Assembly: GCF_006345805.1 (NCBI RefSeq)
Contig: NW_021833065.1
Span: forward strand, 186,001-250,000
Origin: Octopus sinensis
Lineage: Eukaryota
DNA length: 64,000 bases
Direction of reading: 5' to 3'
The notes below the pieces were generated by a model. It was given only the letters and a program-made list of their open reading frames with translations, did no database searches and was not told the DNA's origin. Positions 37,448-48,976 of the stretch are shown here, in pieces (within the stretch, counting starts at the first letter, position 1; each line of letters begins with the position of its first letter). A program made the translations under genes and the position numbers.

Positions 37448-38764
37448 TCGGAATTCTTGACTATACTCATTGCAAACCCTCACCTTACTGACAGCATCCC
37501 TGTACAGGGCTTGTACAGCTCTTCCCAGCCACTCATCTATCCCTAGTTTCTGCATTGACCACCAGATAAGGGATCAGGGGGACCCTGTCAAAGGCTTTCT
37601 CCAAGTCAACAAAAGCCAAGAACAGAGGTTTATCTTTGGCCAGGTATTTCTCCTGCAGTTGCCTTACCAGAAATATAGCATCAGTAGTGCTTTTCCCTGG
37701 CACGAACCCAAACTGCATCTCATCTAAACTGACTGGCACAAAACCAAACTGCATCTCATCTAGGCTAACTCTCTCCCTAATTAGTTGGGCTATGACCCTC
37801 TCTGTAACTTTCATCACCTGATCCAATAATTTGATATGCCTGTAGTTCTATCTAAAACATCACCTTTCCCCTTGTAGCAGTTGACTGTGGTGCTGCTACA
37901 CCAGTCATTTTGTACAACTCCTTCATGAACTATCTGATTTCCGATGCAGGTGACAAGACCATAACCCACACCACCCAATATTTTAAGCATCCCAGCAGTG
38001 AATCCTAATGGGCCAGGTGCTTTCTCTGTCTTCATATCCTTAATTGCTTTATGTACCTGGGTAATGTCAATTTGGATAGCTGGTCCCTCATTTGGGTCAA
38101 CTTTTGGCAGACTCTCCTCCCATTCATTCTCCACATTCAGCAGTCTTTCATAATGGATTCTCCAAGCCTCTTTCTTTGCAGAATCTTTAAACGCAAAGGT
38201 ACCATCATCCATGCGGACACATTTCTCTCCTATGACATCACGGTTTTCTCTCACACACTGTCTTGCAATCTGAAATACTTCAGTTCTTTGGTCATCACAT
38301 TGTTGAACATTGTCAAACTTCTTTTCTGCTACTCCCTTGACTGTATATACCTGTCTCTTTGCTTCCCTTTTGGCTATCTGATACATTCTACTGCTACCCC
38401 TACTCTTCCAGGCATTCCAAATCTGTTTCTTTGTTCTAATGGCCCTGTCTACAGTATTGTTCTATTACCATGTCACCCTAGGTCTGGAAGGGACTTTGCA
38501 CCAGCTACAAATTTGGTAGATAGAGCTACAAGCATATCCCTAAATCTCTGACCATGTGAAGGATTCCTAAGCTTCCAAGTCCTTCTTTTCCAGATTGGTG
38601 TGCTTTTTGGCATCCTTCAAGCCTCGAGTAAAAGTTACACTCTTCACTAGGGTGGGTCTTTGTATTTAAGAGCAACCATGCATCCCGCTGTCTTGTGAGA
38701 ATGAAATCGATCTGGCAAGCAGAGTCACCTGATTGATAGGTTATCAGGAGACTAGCTGGCTTCC
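37448..38764 (-). mobile_element. RTE LINE fragment (end of AP-endonuclease, linker, RT N-terminus)
   Basis: ITYQSGDSACQIDFILTR, MKTEKAPGPLG, DWCSSTTVNCYKGKGD, DEMQFGFVPGKSTTDAIFLVRQLQEKY, AFVDLEKAFDRVP; frameshifted. Confidence 0.93.
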
Positions 38765-38789
38765 ACACACACATATATATATACTTACA

Positions 38790-39260
38790 CTTATATTGGC
38801 ATATTATTCCCTCTTTCAGTTTGCTTGGCAGCCTGCCATTTGCAAGAAAGCTCTGGAAGAGAATCTGTAGAATTTTCTCTAGGGCATGCTTACACAATTT
38901 GAGGAGCATTGCTGGGAAACCATCAGGACCAGCAGCTGAGTTTGTGTCCACCTCATCTATCGCTAGTAGTATTTTTTTTTTTCGCTGATATTGATGCAAT
39001 CCATCGTAACTGCCTCACTGGTTATAGGTGAGGCAGCAAAGATATCCAGTGGTTCGTTCACTTGTCTGTGTTCTAACGGGGTGGTAAAGATACTTTTGAA
39101 CTGGTCATATTCTAGTTTTTATGCCAATGTCTGGTGTGGAGAGGCATTTCAGCCAGTCCTGTCTGAGGATCTCTTTTTGGATTGATTTCCAGTCTGCTTT
39201 GTGGAAGTTCAGATTGGAGAGATTTTTCCTTTAGTCTGTAAGTCTCTGGCTACTTTTGAC
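38790..39260 (-). mobile_element. CR1/L2-type LINE RT N-terminal fragment
   Basis: AIDEVDTNSAAGPDGFPAMLLKLCKHAL...LFQSFLANGRLPSKLKEGIIC. Confidence 0.8.
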
Positions 39261-39768
39261 CATACATAGACATAGATATATATGTATATGTATATGTATA
39301 CATATACACATATGTATACATATCTCTTATTATAAAAGGCAGATTTTATCTGCCTCCCTTTGTCACTTATAGAAATCTACAATATAGGATTTCTTCAATT
39401 ACAATTTACCTAGCATTTTTAAGAGTAGAATGCATCGGGTTTTGCCAGGTTCACTTTTTAAAATTTCAACCCCAATTAAGCAAAATTTACAGAAAACTCA
39501 CATTCTGGTGTATGAGTCAAATGCTTCTCTTAGTGTGGTTTACACCACACGCAAACGCACACACACAGTGTGCAACGAATAAAATGAAAGTAATTCACTT
39601 TCTGTAGTGAGTGACTCTTTCACTCTGCCTCCCACTTCCTCTTTACACACATAGACACGCAAATATATAAATAAAATTGTCAGCTAACGTGCGTGTGTGT
39701 GTGAGTGTGTGTGTGTGTGCATGTTTGTGAGGGTGCGTGTGTGTGTGTGTGCGTGAGTGTGTGACAGG

Positions 39769-40752
39769 AAAGTTTTTTAGGACGAATATAAGACCTATAT
39801 CCAAGTAGCAGAAAGATCGCCCGAAAGTGTATATAGATATTTAAATGTATTTATATATTCATCTATACACAGATGTATGTATAATGTGTGTGTATATATT
39901 TCCATAGAGGTAACCTTTCACTCCATACAAAGTTTTTTAGGACGAATATAAGACCTATATCCAAGTAGCAGAAAGATCGCCCGAAAGTGTATATAGATAT
40001 TTAAATGTATTTATATATTCATCTATACACAGATGTATGTATAATGTGTGTGTATATATTTCCATAGAGGTAACCTTTCACTCCATACAAAGTTTTTTAG
40101 GACGAATATAAGACCTATATCCAAGTAGCAGAAAGATCGCCCAAAAGTGTATATAGATATTTAAATGTATTTATATATTCATCTATACACAGATGTATGT
40201 ATAATGTGTGTGTATATATTTCCATAGAGGTAACCTTTCACTCCATACAAAGTTTTTTAGGACGAATATAAGACCTATATCCAAGTAGCAGAAAGATCGC
40301 CCAAAAGTGTATATAGATATTTAAATGTATTTATATATTCATCTATACACAGATGTATGTATAATGTGTGTGTATATATTTCCATAGAGGTAACCTTTCA
40401 CTCCATACAAAGTTTTTTAGGACGAATATAAGACCTATATCCAAGTAGCAGAAAGATCGCCCAAAAGTGTATATAGATATTTAAATGTATTTATATATTC
40501 ATCTATACACAGATGTATGTATAATGTGTGTGTATATATTTCCATAGCGGTAACCTTTCACTCCGCACAAAGTTTTTTAGGATGAAAATAAGATCTAAAG
40601 TTATCTCTAAGTAGCACAAAGATCGCCCAAAAGTGTATATAGATATTTAAATGTATTTATATATTCATCTATACACACATGTATGTATAATGTGTGTGTA
40701 TATATTTCCATAGGGGTAACCATTCAATCCATACAAAGTTTTTTAGGACGAA
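39769..40752 (+). repeat. 160-bp tandem repeat, 6 units plus a partial unit
   Basis: AGTTTTTTAGGA recurs at 39771, 39931, 40091, 40251, 40411, 40571 and 40737; units 1-5 nearly identical, unit 6 diverged. Confidence 0.97.
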
Positions 40753-40989
40753 AATATTTATATATAAAAGAAAGGTTGTGTGTCTGTCTACTCCAATTTA
40801 GATTCCTAACTACTCCCACATTTTGCGATGCAGTTTAACCAAAACCGGGTATCTTATAGTCGTGATTCATATCGAGCCCTCTGGGTATTAGCGCGCGTCT
40901 ACGATGAGTCTATGATTTTACAAATAATTTACCATCATTTTTTTCCATTTTAATGCATATTTTTTTAATAAAGGGAAGTAACTCTGAAA

Positions 40990-41490
40990 CTTCACACCAA
41001 TATGCGTGCTCATATGCGACGTAATATCACATCAGCAGCATTTCCTCACACCCTCCTTGCACTTGGCGAAGGCAAAATACCAGGGGATGAAAATGGTAAT
41101 ATTGCCATCGATTCCATTTGTACCATTGTTAAGACGCCTTCTGATCTCAGAGATGCAGTGTTCCCAGATCTACAAGCTAATTATCAGAATATGGATTGGA
41201 TTGGCAAAAAGGCTATACTGGCCCCGAGGAATAAAACTGTTCACCATATTAATGATGAAATGCTAAAACTCATTCCTGGGTAAGTCTATGTATATCAGTC
41301 TATCGATACAACTCCTGACCCAGAGGACGTCATCAACTATCCAATAGAGGTACTCAATTCCTTTGAGCATCCCGGACTACCACCACACTTTCTCAAACTT
41401 AAAGTTGGTGCCCCTATAATGCTCATCAGAAATTTGGTTCCCCCAAAACAATGCAATGGCACACGTTTGATCGTTAAGTCCTTATCTCCC
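40990..41490 (+). pseudogene. Helitron Rep/Hel Pif1-like helicase C-terminal fragment, one in-frame stop (41281-83)
   Basis: [82 protein letters not shown]. Confidence 0.93.
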
Positions 41491-42949
41491 ACTGCAAACT
41501 TATATCAATATTTGCCTGAATAATCATCATAATTCAGTGCAATCATTAACAGTACTTTCAAGCAATTCAGCCCCGAGCAACGCCGGGCAATTCTGCTAGT
41601 ATATATATATATGCATATATATATATATACATACACACACACACACACACATATATGTACAAGGACATCCTGAGAATCTTTGGTAGATTTCACTCAGTTT
41701 TGACTCAGGGCATGTGTAAAATAATAGCACCACCTGGGTGAAGTCTTTTAAGTCAGTTATGTCTTCAAACACCATAGTTAACTCAAGTAGGAAGTTGTTG
41801 TTAGTCAAAGTATAGTCAGCTGTTGATGGTTGGGCTAGTATTTTTTAAAAAATTTTCCTTATATCATTTGAAGGTTAGGGTTATATTCTGATGCCGGAGA
41901 CAGCTTTACATATCCACATTTGGGCCTATTGACAATTTTGTTGCTGCTAAATTTTCATTTGTTGCTCTGCTTGCTTATTTGATATCCTCTTATAACTGTT
42001 GCTTCTTCTTCTATTCACTGCACCGCATCACCCATCACACCCTTACTAGTGACCCTTCCTACAATGATTCATCACACACCCCTTCTTTCTCTTACCAGCA
42101 AATATTGTTGCTGTCATTAGTGTTTCTTTTTCATCACAATGCCTGATTAACAAGATATTGCATTGAATTTATCGATGTTGATGCATTTACCCTCTTCTTC
42201 TGTCCAACATCTCTCCCTCACCTTCAGGTTACTCTTTAACTGATAGTCATCACTCTCTTTCCATTACCATCTCAGCTACCCATCACCTGTGCCACTTAGC
42301 ATTACCATTCCCTTCCATATTGCTCCCAGTTGTCACTATTCCTCACTCAAGCACTCTTTTACTTCATACATGTAGTTAACATTAGTTGTGTCCCCCATTA
42401 CCCTATGTCATGACTGTCTCTCTCCCATTACAATTTACCTTTGATACTTTGTCACTTCCAAAACACTGTCTCACCTATTTCTCTCTCTTTCACACCATTA
42501 CCTCACTTGCTGACTCCCTTTCATACGTTTTTTTTTTCACCCTTGCACCTAAGTTCATCTACAATCACCCTCTATTCTACTCATCATATTGGTTATGTTA
42601 ACCTGAACAAACAAAGGCAATGGAGAGCAGTGAAAATCCCCTTCTGTTTTGCAGATACAGAGTATCTTCACTCATACTGATGCCATGATAAAATATACCA
42701 AGTACACTCAGTAAATCAGTTGATGTTAGGAAATGGCTCCCCACACCTAAGGAGAGCAATAACTTTGAATAAGAATTGACTCAAATCATCATGCCCTATG
42801 AAAACCATGCTAGCATAGAAAGTACAAGTAAAATGATAATGGATAATTATTTTATTTGAATAGTTAATTGCAACTTTCTTCAGAAAAAGAAGGGGTGGGA
42901 CTTTATACCTTTCTTTTCCAACTTGACAGTTAGTTGTAGTAAGAAGAAT

Positions 42950-43200
42950 GAATGTTCAAACATGAAAATGGTTGTGCTAACTTGAATGAAAAACTGATTG
43001 TAGTGGTTTCCTCATTATAATCAATATTTTAGTATTGGAACCTGACTTAAATGCTATTGGAAATGTATGGCAGTTCATTAAGATTTCAAGAACCTTTAAA
43101 AGCAAGGAATCTCTGTTGGAAGCAATTATAGCAGATTAGTAGAAATTAAAACCTGCACTGTTGGAAAGCTTGCTGACAATTTCATTAAAATGCATTTTGA
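42950..43200 (+). mobile_element. Tc1/mariner transposase remnant
   Basis: EPDLNAIGNVWQFIK from 43038 resembles the SPDLNPIENVW signature. Confidence 0.55.
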
Positions 43201-44766
43201 AAATAACTACAAGATAATCATGCTAAAAGCATCAAATACTAACTCTGCTGTTAAAAACAATATTTTTTTAAATAATAGAAATAATTGATTTCAGCAAAAT
43301 GAACTTTTCTTTAAAATCAAGAACTCTGTAGGTGGAGGAGATAGCAGTGGTGACAGTGATGACAGTAAATTCTTTCTACTCTAGGTGCAAGGTCTGAAAT
43401 TTGGGGGAGGGGTTTGTCAATAACATTGGGCTCAATACTCAGTGGAAACTGCACAATGGTGAGCTACAGATTGAAGATTTTTAATCAGAAGTTTTTCTAC
43501 TTATACCTATGATTTCTGAAATCAAAATAGGATACATTGTCCCAGATATGGAATCAGCACTTAATAGTAGATATTGTAGGGTCTTGTAGAAATATTACTT
43601 GAATTTGAAATAAATGTCTACTTAGAGTGAATTTTTTTTTATTGTGATTTAAAGTATGAACTTCCAGTAGAGATTGCTAGAAATCATAATTCCATGTACA
43701 TACAGAGCATCGTCCATGTGAAATGCAGTTGACATAAAGTTATCAGATCTTTCTACTGAAAGTTATAGTAAAATCTTTTTACTAGCAGTGAATACCTAAT
43801 GATGTTATCTGTGGACAAATGCTTGAAAATAAGTTAGCACTATGATATTTAAAGTAAGTTTCTTGCAACATCTACAAGTTGTTTTTCACCAAATAAATCC
43901 CCTTTATACTGTTTAGAAATTTGTGTGACGTTTAGTATGATGAACCTATATTTGTAAAGAATTCTTTCAGTGGAGACGTGCAGATTATACGACGGATATG
44001 ATAATTGTGATGTTTTATAGCAGTAAAATTGTAAACACTACAGGCTGAAGAATATCATATTTAGTATAAATCAAAGTACATAAGTTTTAATCTACCTGAT
44101 TGTAACCGTAGGTTGTTTCATCATTTTTAAGCAGTTGATGTATCCAATAGTTATAACAATGATGACTGTTTAATGAGCTAATGATTACAGTTACTGAGAT
44201 AGTTTGGTTTAAGAAAGTAAATAAAAGGCATCCCACTGTAAATTAAGCAATTCAGCAATGATTAAGTTTAATTACATATCCAATCTAGACTAGAAATACA
44301 CCTTAAAATCTTCACGATGGTGTTTGTTTATAAAGAATTTATACATCTAATTACTAAGAAAGCTTTTGTGGGGTGGGCGTGAGGTGTGTCTTACTGATAA
44401 TGATAATTTACAATTTTTTTTAAATAGCATGCTTAAATTAATTACTACTTACAGAATTCTATTTTGCCATTGATGTTTAGTATTTAACAAACTTTTTATT
44501 TCATTTGATTTTATTTTGTTTTAATTGCTTGTTTTGCTCATGGACAGTATATGTTACCTGTGAATGGGTGTTGTAAAATATAATTTAAATTGTTTTTCTT
44601 CAAAGTTCATTTCTTGAAAAATGCAATGTTTCTTCTTGAAAAAATGTAAATGAGAGAAAATATAAAATTATTTTCTGTTTGAAATAAATTCTGTTTTTAA
44701 ATTCTAACATTTTGTTTTTTTTCGTTTTTCTTTTTCATAATTCAATACCCGTGCCTACTCATGTAG

Positions 44767-44772
44767 CAGTAA
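44767..44772 (+). other. candidate ultra-short microexon (CA, 2 nt, or CAGTAA, 6 nt)
   Basis: TTCTAAC branch motif, long U-rich tract, TGC at 44752, first AG at 44765-66, then overlapping donors GTAAGT (44769) and GTAACT (44773). Confidence 0.5.
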
Positions 44773-45704
44773 GTAACTATTTTTATTTGTTTTTATTTAT
44801 TTTTAAACATTTGAAGTGTTGAGCTACAATTCATTCATGTCTTTATCTGATATACATGGTCTAATGATTTTAACTATCAAACAATGTGTGTGTGTGTTCC
44901 ACTCATAAAGAATTTTTCTGAATGATTGGTTAGTTTTGTAATATTTTTTAACTTGACAAAAGTCCTCTTAGATAAAAAAAAAAAAAAACTTGTAAGAGAT
45001 GTAAAAATGTAGCAATTGGAAATAAACTTGGTTCTCTGAGAAATTAATAGACTACCAATTGTTTAAAAAAAGATTTTTGTGGGGAAACTTTTATCTTTTA
45101 TTAAATAGCTGAAAAGGCTAGTTATCTTAAAACTCAGAGTTCTTGATTCTAGAATGTATTATATTACTCCCAACACATTTCAATAAAACCCTTTGGAATT
45201 GGTTCTCTGCCTATTTTTTTCTTGCAGCGATCAATTTCCAAATGTTTACATTTCACTCTACATTGATCTCAACAATGTAGAAGAGTTGGCAAAAGTCACA
45301 TGCAATGCTCTTTTCTGATAGAAAATTGAAGGAAAAAAAACTTTGGTCTTTTGTCAAGAAAAATTGTTAACTTTGGCTACATTCAGTTTAGTTTGGTTTA
45401 TGTTGGATATAATCATCTTGGCATAGCTTCATCACACACTAAATAATGTTCTACTTCTCTTAATGCCATGCAGTAATTGCTTGGTAGAATTGATTGATCC
45501 TAGCTCCTGACAAATTAGGAAACCTATCAATCATTGGTTTTGTCATTGACTTTTTACAAAAATCCAAATCGTGTTTTCACTAAATTTCACTGTGGCTCTA
45601 TCTGGGATCCTATAAGCTTGTCACTTGCCCAAATGTAATCCCACTCCTTCCTAGACATGTGATGGAAAGCAGGTGTTTTTATTTTTCTACATGATGATGA
45701 TGTT

Positions 45705-45900
45705 CATCATCATCATCATCATCCTTTAACATCCATTTTCCATGCTGGCATGGGTTGAACAATTTGACCAGAGTTGGCAAGCCAAAGAGCTGCACCAGCT
45801 GATTTGGCTTAGTTTCTGTGACTGGATGCCTTTCCTAGTGCCAACCACTTTACAGTGTGTGCTGTGTGCTTTTAACATGGCACTGGCATGAGCACTTTTA
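45705..45900 (-). mobile_element. RTE 3'-end fragment
   Basis: (CAT)n TTTAACATCCATTTTCCATGCTGGCATGGG...CTGGATGCC. Confidence 0.8.
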
Positions 45901-47270
45901 AATGGGACTCAGCAAAAGGCTGATTTTGGCAGAGAACTGTATGTATAAACAGAAAATATATATAAGTATATTAAAGTATTTAGTTCTGAGATTTGTTCAC
46001 TGTTGGTTATGTGCAATTTGTTTACATGGTTATAAAACTTAATGCTTGGATATGTACTTCATAATCTAGGGTTTGGTTTTAATTAAGTAAAAAATATTGA
46101 AACAGTTTCAAAAATAAGGGAAATATAAAAAAAATTGGGAATATTAAAGAAAAGAAATGCATGTGAAATATGGGCAACATGAAAGGTATTAAAATATAAA
46201 ATTTCTACAATATTTTTAAGTAAATTGAAGTGTTGTTTAAATTGAAACAATAGTTGAATTTCCAGTAAATATACAATCAACAAGTTCAGTTATCTGTAAT
46301 GGCTATTCTTATAACCATTGTTATTAAACACTGGATCAATATGTGTGTAATTCTTAATGTTGGTACCTATATACTATCATTATTAGAAAATTAGAGCTAC
46401 AGGTTTGAAATTTCTGAAAATTATTGAAATTTCTTCATTTCAGTATGCAGTCTGAATTTTTAAAATATGTCAAAAACAGTTATGAGGAAGTGTTCTGAAA
46501 TTTTATTAAATAACAATGGAAACATAGTAGCTGTGTGTTTAGATAACTAATATTAGCCACCATTGGGTAAAAGAGAAAATAAAATAAAAAAAAAAAGCAA
46601 CATCTTTAGTTGAGAAGCACTCACACACACGTGCACACACACACATATATTTACACAGAAAATAAAGCAATAATAATTTTATGATTAGTCATAGTGGTTG
46701 TTGTTTATCCCCAAGTCAGCTCTGATTGTACTGACTTGCAGCTGTAACCCTGTCATTGTAGTCTCCTTAGTTGTATTTGATTTCAGCTTAGCCTTTGGTA
46801 GTTTTTTGAAATGTATTTGACTCTAGGTAGGAGTTAAGTGCACATTTTAGATTAGAATTGAGAAAAGCACAATGGCTGTGAGGCTAATATACTGGATTAC
46901 ATGAGCATATTTTGAAATCTTACATTAGTTTATAATTTTTGCCTCTCAACAAAAGCCTCCAGCTTGTTTAACTGACAAAAAAAGTGTTACTATCTTACTA
47001 CAAAGGGAATCCAGCAATAAAATATTACAACAAAAAAATAATTTATAAGCAAGGAAAGAAAGATGTGAAACATGAAAAAAAGTATTAAAATAAAGCAATT
47101 TAATGAAATACTCATAAATGATTCATATAGTCAATTCTCCTAACAAATAGTTGGCAGTTGCCTAACAAGTACTTGTTTCAGTTATTTTTTTTTTGTTCTT
47201 TATTGTTTTCCTTGAAAACAATCATTTGATTTTTTTCACCTAATGAATGCATGCAAGTGTTGATTCATAG

Positions 47271-47276
47271 CATTTG
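47271..47276 (+). CDS. candidate 6-nt microexon CATTTG
   Basis: U-rich tract, CCTAAT, TGCATGC, CATAG acceptor, TTG|GTAATT donor. Confidence 0.3.
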
Positions 47277-47438
47277 GTAATTATAACCAGAAAATTTCTG
47301 TGTTAATGTTTATATGCAAATAAGAAACAGTAACTTAATCTGTTTCTCTCATGATCAATAAATCTGAACTGTTGTGGGTCAAAATGATTTAGTAACTTCC
47401 TATCTTAAAACAAAGTTAGATTTAAAGTTTCTAGATTC

Positions 47439-47668
47439 CTATTTCTTTACTACCCACAAGGGGCTAAACACAGAGGGGACAAACAAGGACAGACAAACAG
47501 ATTAAGTCGATTACATCGACCCCCAGTGCTTAACTGGTACTTAATTAATCGACCCCGAAAGGATGAAAGGCAAAGTCGACCTCAGCGGAATTTGAACTCA
47601 GAACGTAACGGCAGACGAAAATAAGGCTACGCATTTCGCCCGGCGTGCTAACGATTCTGCCAGCTCGC
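47439..47668 (-). mobile_element. young full-length SINE family A with 17-bp target-site duplication
   Basis: TSD TTAAAGTTTCTAGATTC at 47422-38 and 47687-703; CpGs largely intact. Confidence 0.93.
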
Positions 47669-48344
47669 AGAAGTTTCTAGTTTCGCTTAAAGTTTCTAGA
47701 TTCTGCTACCTAATTGTTCGATGGGAACAATAGGATAGTCAATATAAGCATCAAGTGTCAGAGGTTAATTAGTTATTGAATGTGAGTTCAATCCCTGGAT
47801 CAGGTATGTTACTTTATTTGAAACATAACAAACTAGTAGTAGAATAATTAATAAGGAGAACATCCTGATTCCTCCCATCCATGCTTTTATAGTGCAAAGT
47901 GTCATGTATGTCCTCTACATCAAGAAACCTGTTCTAGCTCATTTCAGTTTTTAATGCCTCATTACCTAGTATAAATCTGTCTCTACTGTAACCCTACCCA
48001 GTTAAGGGAGTATCTTGGACCTGCAAGCTACATGACATCCTCAAAGCACCCAATACACTCTGTAAGGTGGTAGCTGTTAGGAAGGGCATCCACAGCTGTA
48101 GAAGCTATACAAAAGCAGACATTGGAGAATGACGCAGTCCTCCAGCATGTTAAATCCTGTCACCTATATCAGCTTGGAAAATGGATGTTAAAAGTTGATC
48201 TCACCCCCCCCCCCACACACACACACATTGGGCTTCTTTCCAGTTTTCACCTCCAAATTCTTTCAAAACTTTGGTTGATCTGAAGCTATATTAGAAGACA
48301 CTTGTCTAGTGCCACATAGTGGAACTTACCCCAAAACCAGATAT

Positions 48345-48375
<31 letters not shown>

Positions 48376-48377
<2 letters not shown>

Positions 48378-48640
48378 TCAACAATATAAGGAATGGCCCT
48401 GATAGGCCATTCGACTCACTAGAAAGAGCAGCCAGACTCAAACCGCTAAATAGTTGTAATTCTGAAATTGGAAGAGAAATAAAAACATTTACCCTTACTA
48501 TGCATAGTCCAGAGATGAAAAGGGTAAATGTTTTTATTTCTCTTCCAATTTCAGAATTACAACTATTTAGCGGTTTGAGTCTGGCTGCTCTTTCTAGTGA
48601 GTCGAATGGCCTATCAGGGCCATTCCTTATATTGTTGAAT
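48376..48640. repeat. perfect inverted repeat, 121-bp arms and 23-nt loop (fold-back/MITE-like) in TA-rich flanks
   Basis: 48376-48496 is the exact reverse complement of 48520-48640 by eye. Confidence 0.95.
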
Positions 48641-48741
48641 GTATATTATATAGTCTTCGACTATCTTTTCTTTCTCACTAGACTGCTGGTAGCGGAGAAT
48701 TTTTTCTAGAATTTTTTTGCTACCCTTATATTTATTAATTA

Positions 48742-48770
<29 letters not shown>

Positions 48771-48772
<2 letters not shown>

Positions 48773-48912
48773 CCGCTGAGGTCGACTTTGCCTTTCATCC
48801 TTTCGGGGTCGATAAATTAAGTACCAGTTACGCACTGGGGTCGATGTAATCGACTTAATCTGTTTGTCTGTCCTTGTTTGTCCCCTCTATGTTCAGCCCC
48901 TTGTGGGCAATT
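48771..48912 (+). mobile_element. 5'-truncated SINE family A
   Basis: Near-exact reverse complement of 47452-47590; A-rich tail. Confidence 0.9.
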
Positions 48913-48938
48913 AAAAAAAAAAAAAAAATTATATTAAT

Positions 48939-48976
<38 letters not shown>

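Larger units (their letters stand above)
39323..41599 (+). mobile_element. composite non-autonomous Helitron
   Basis: A|TCTCTTATTATAAAAG start; CCCGAGCAACGCCGGG hairpin and CTAG|T end (41596-99); contains a satellite array, a second Helitron 5' end (about 40755-40965) and a helicase fragment. Confidence 0.85.

Noticed and set aside
38526-38999. 157-aa ORF as a single fusion gene
   Set aside because: Chance read-through from a CR1-type fragment across a microsatellite into an RTE fragment.
39895-39920. TTTCCATAG|AG|GTAACC 2-nt exon pattern repeated in the satellite units
   Set aside because: Part of a transposon-borne repeat, lacks a proper polypyrimidine tract, and shows how easily such patterns arise by chance.
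39769-40752. CRISPR-like regular array
   Set aside because: Units are contiguous near-identical 160-mers with no unique spacers; eukaryotic context and no cas genes.
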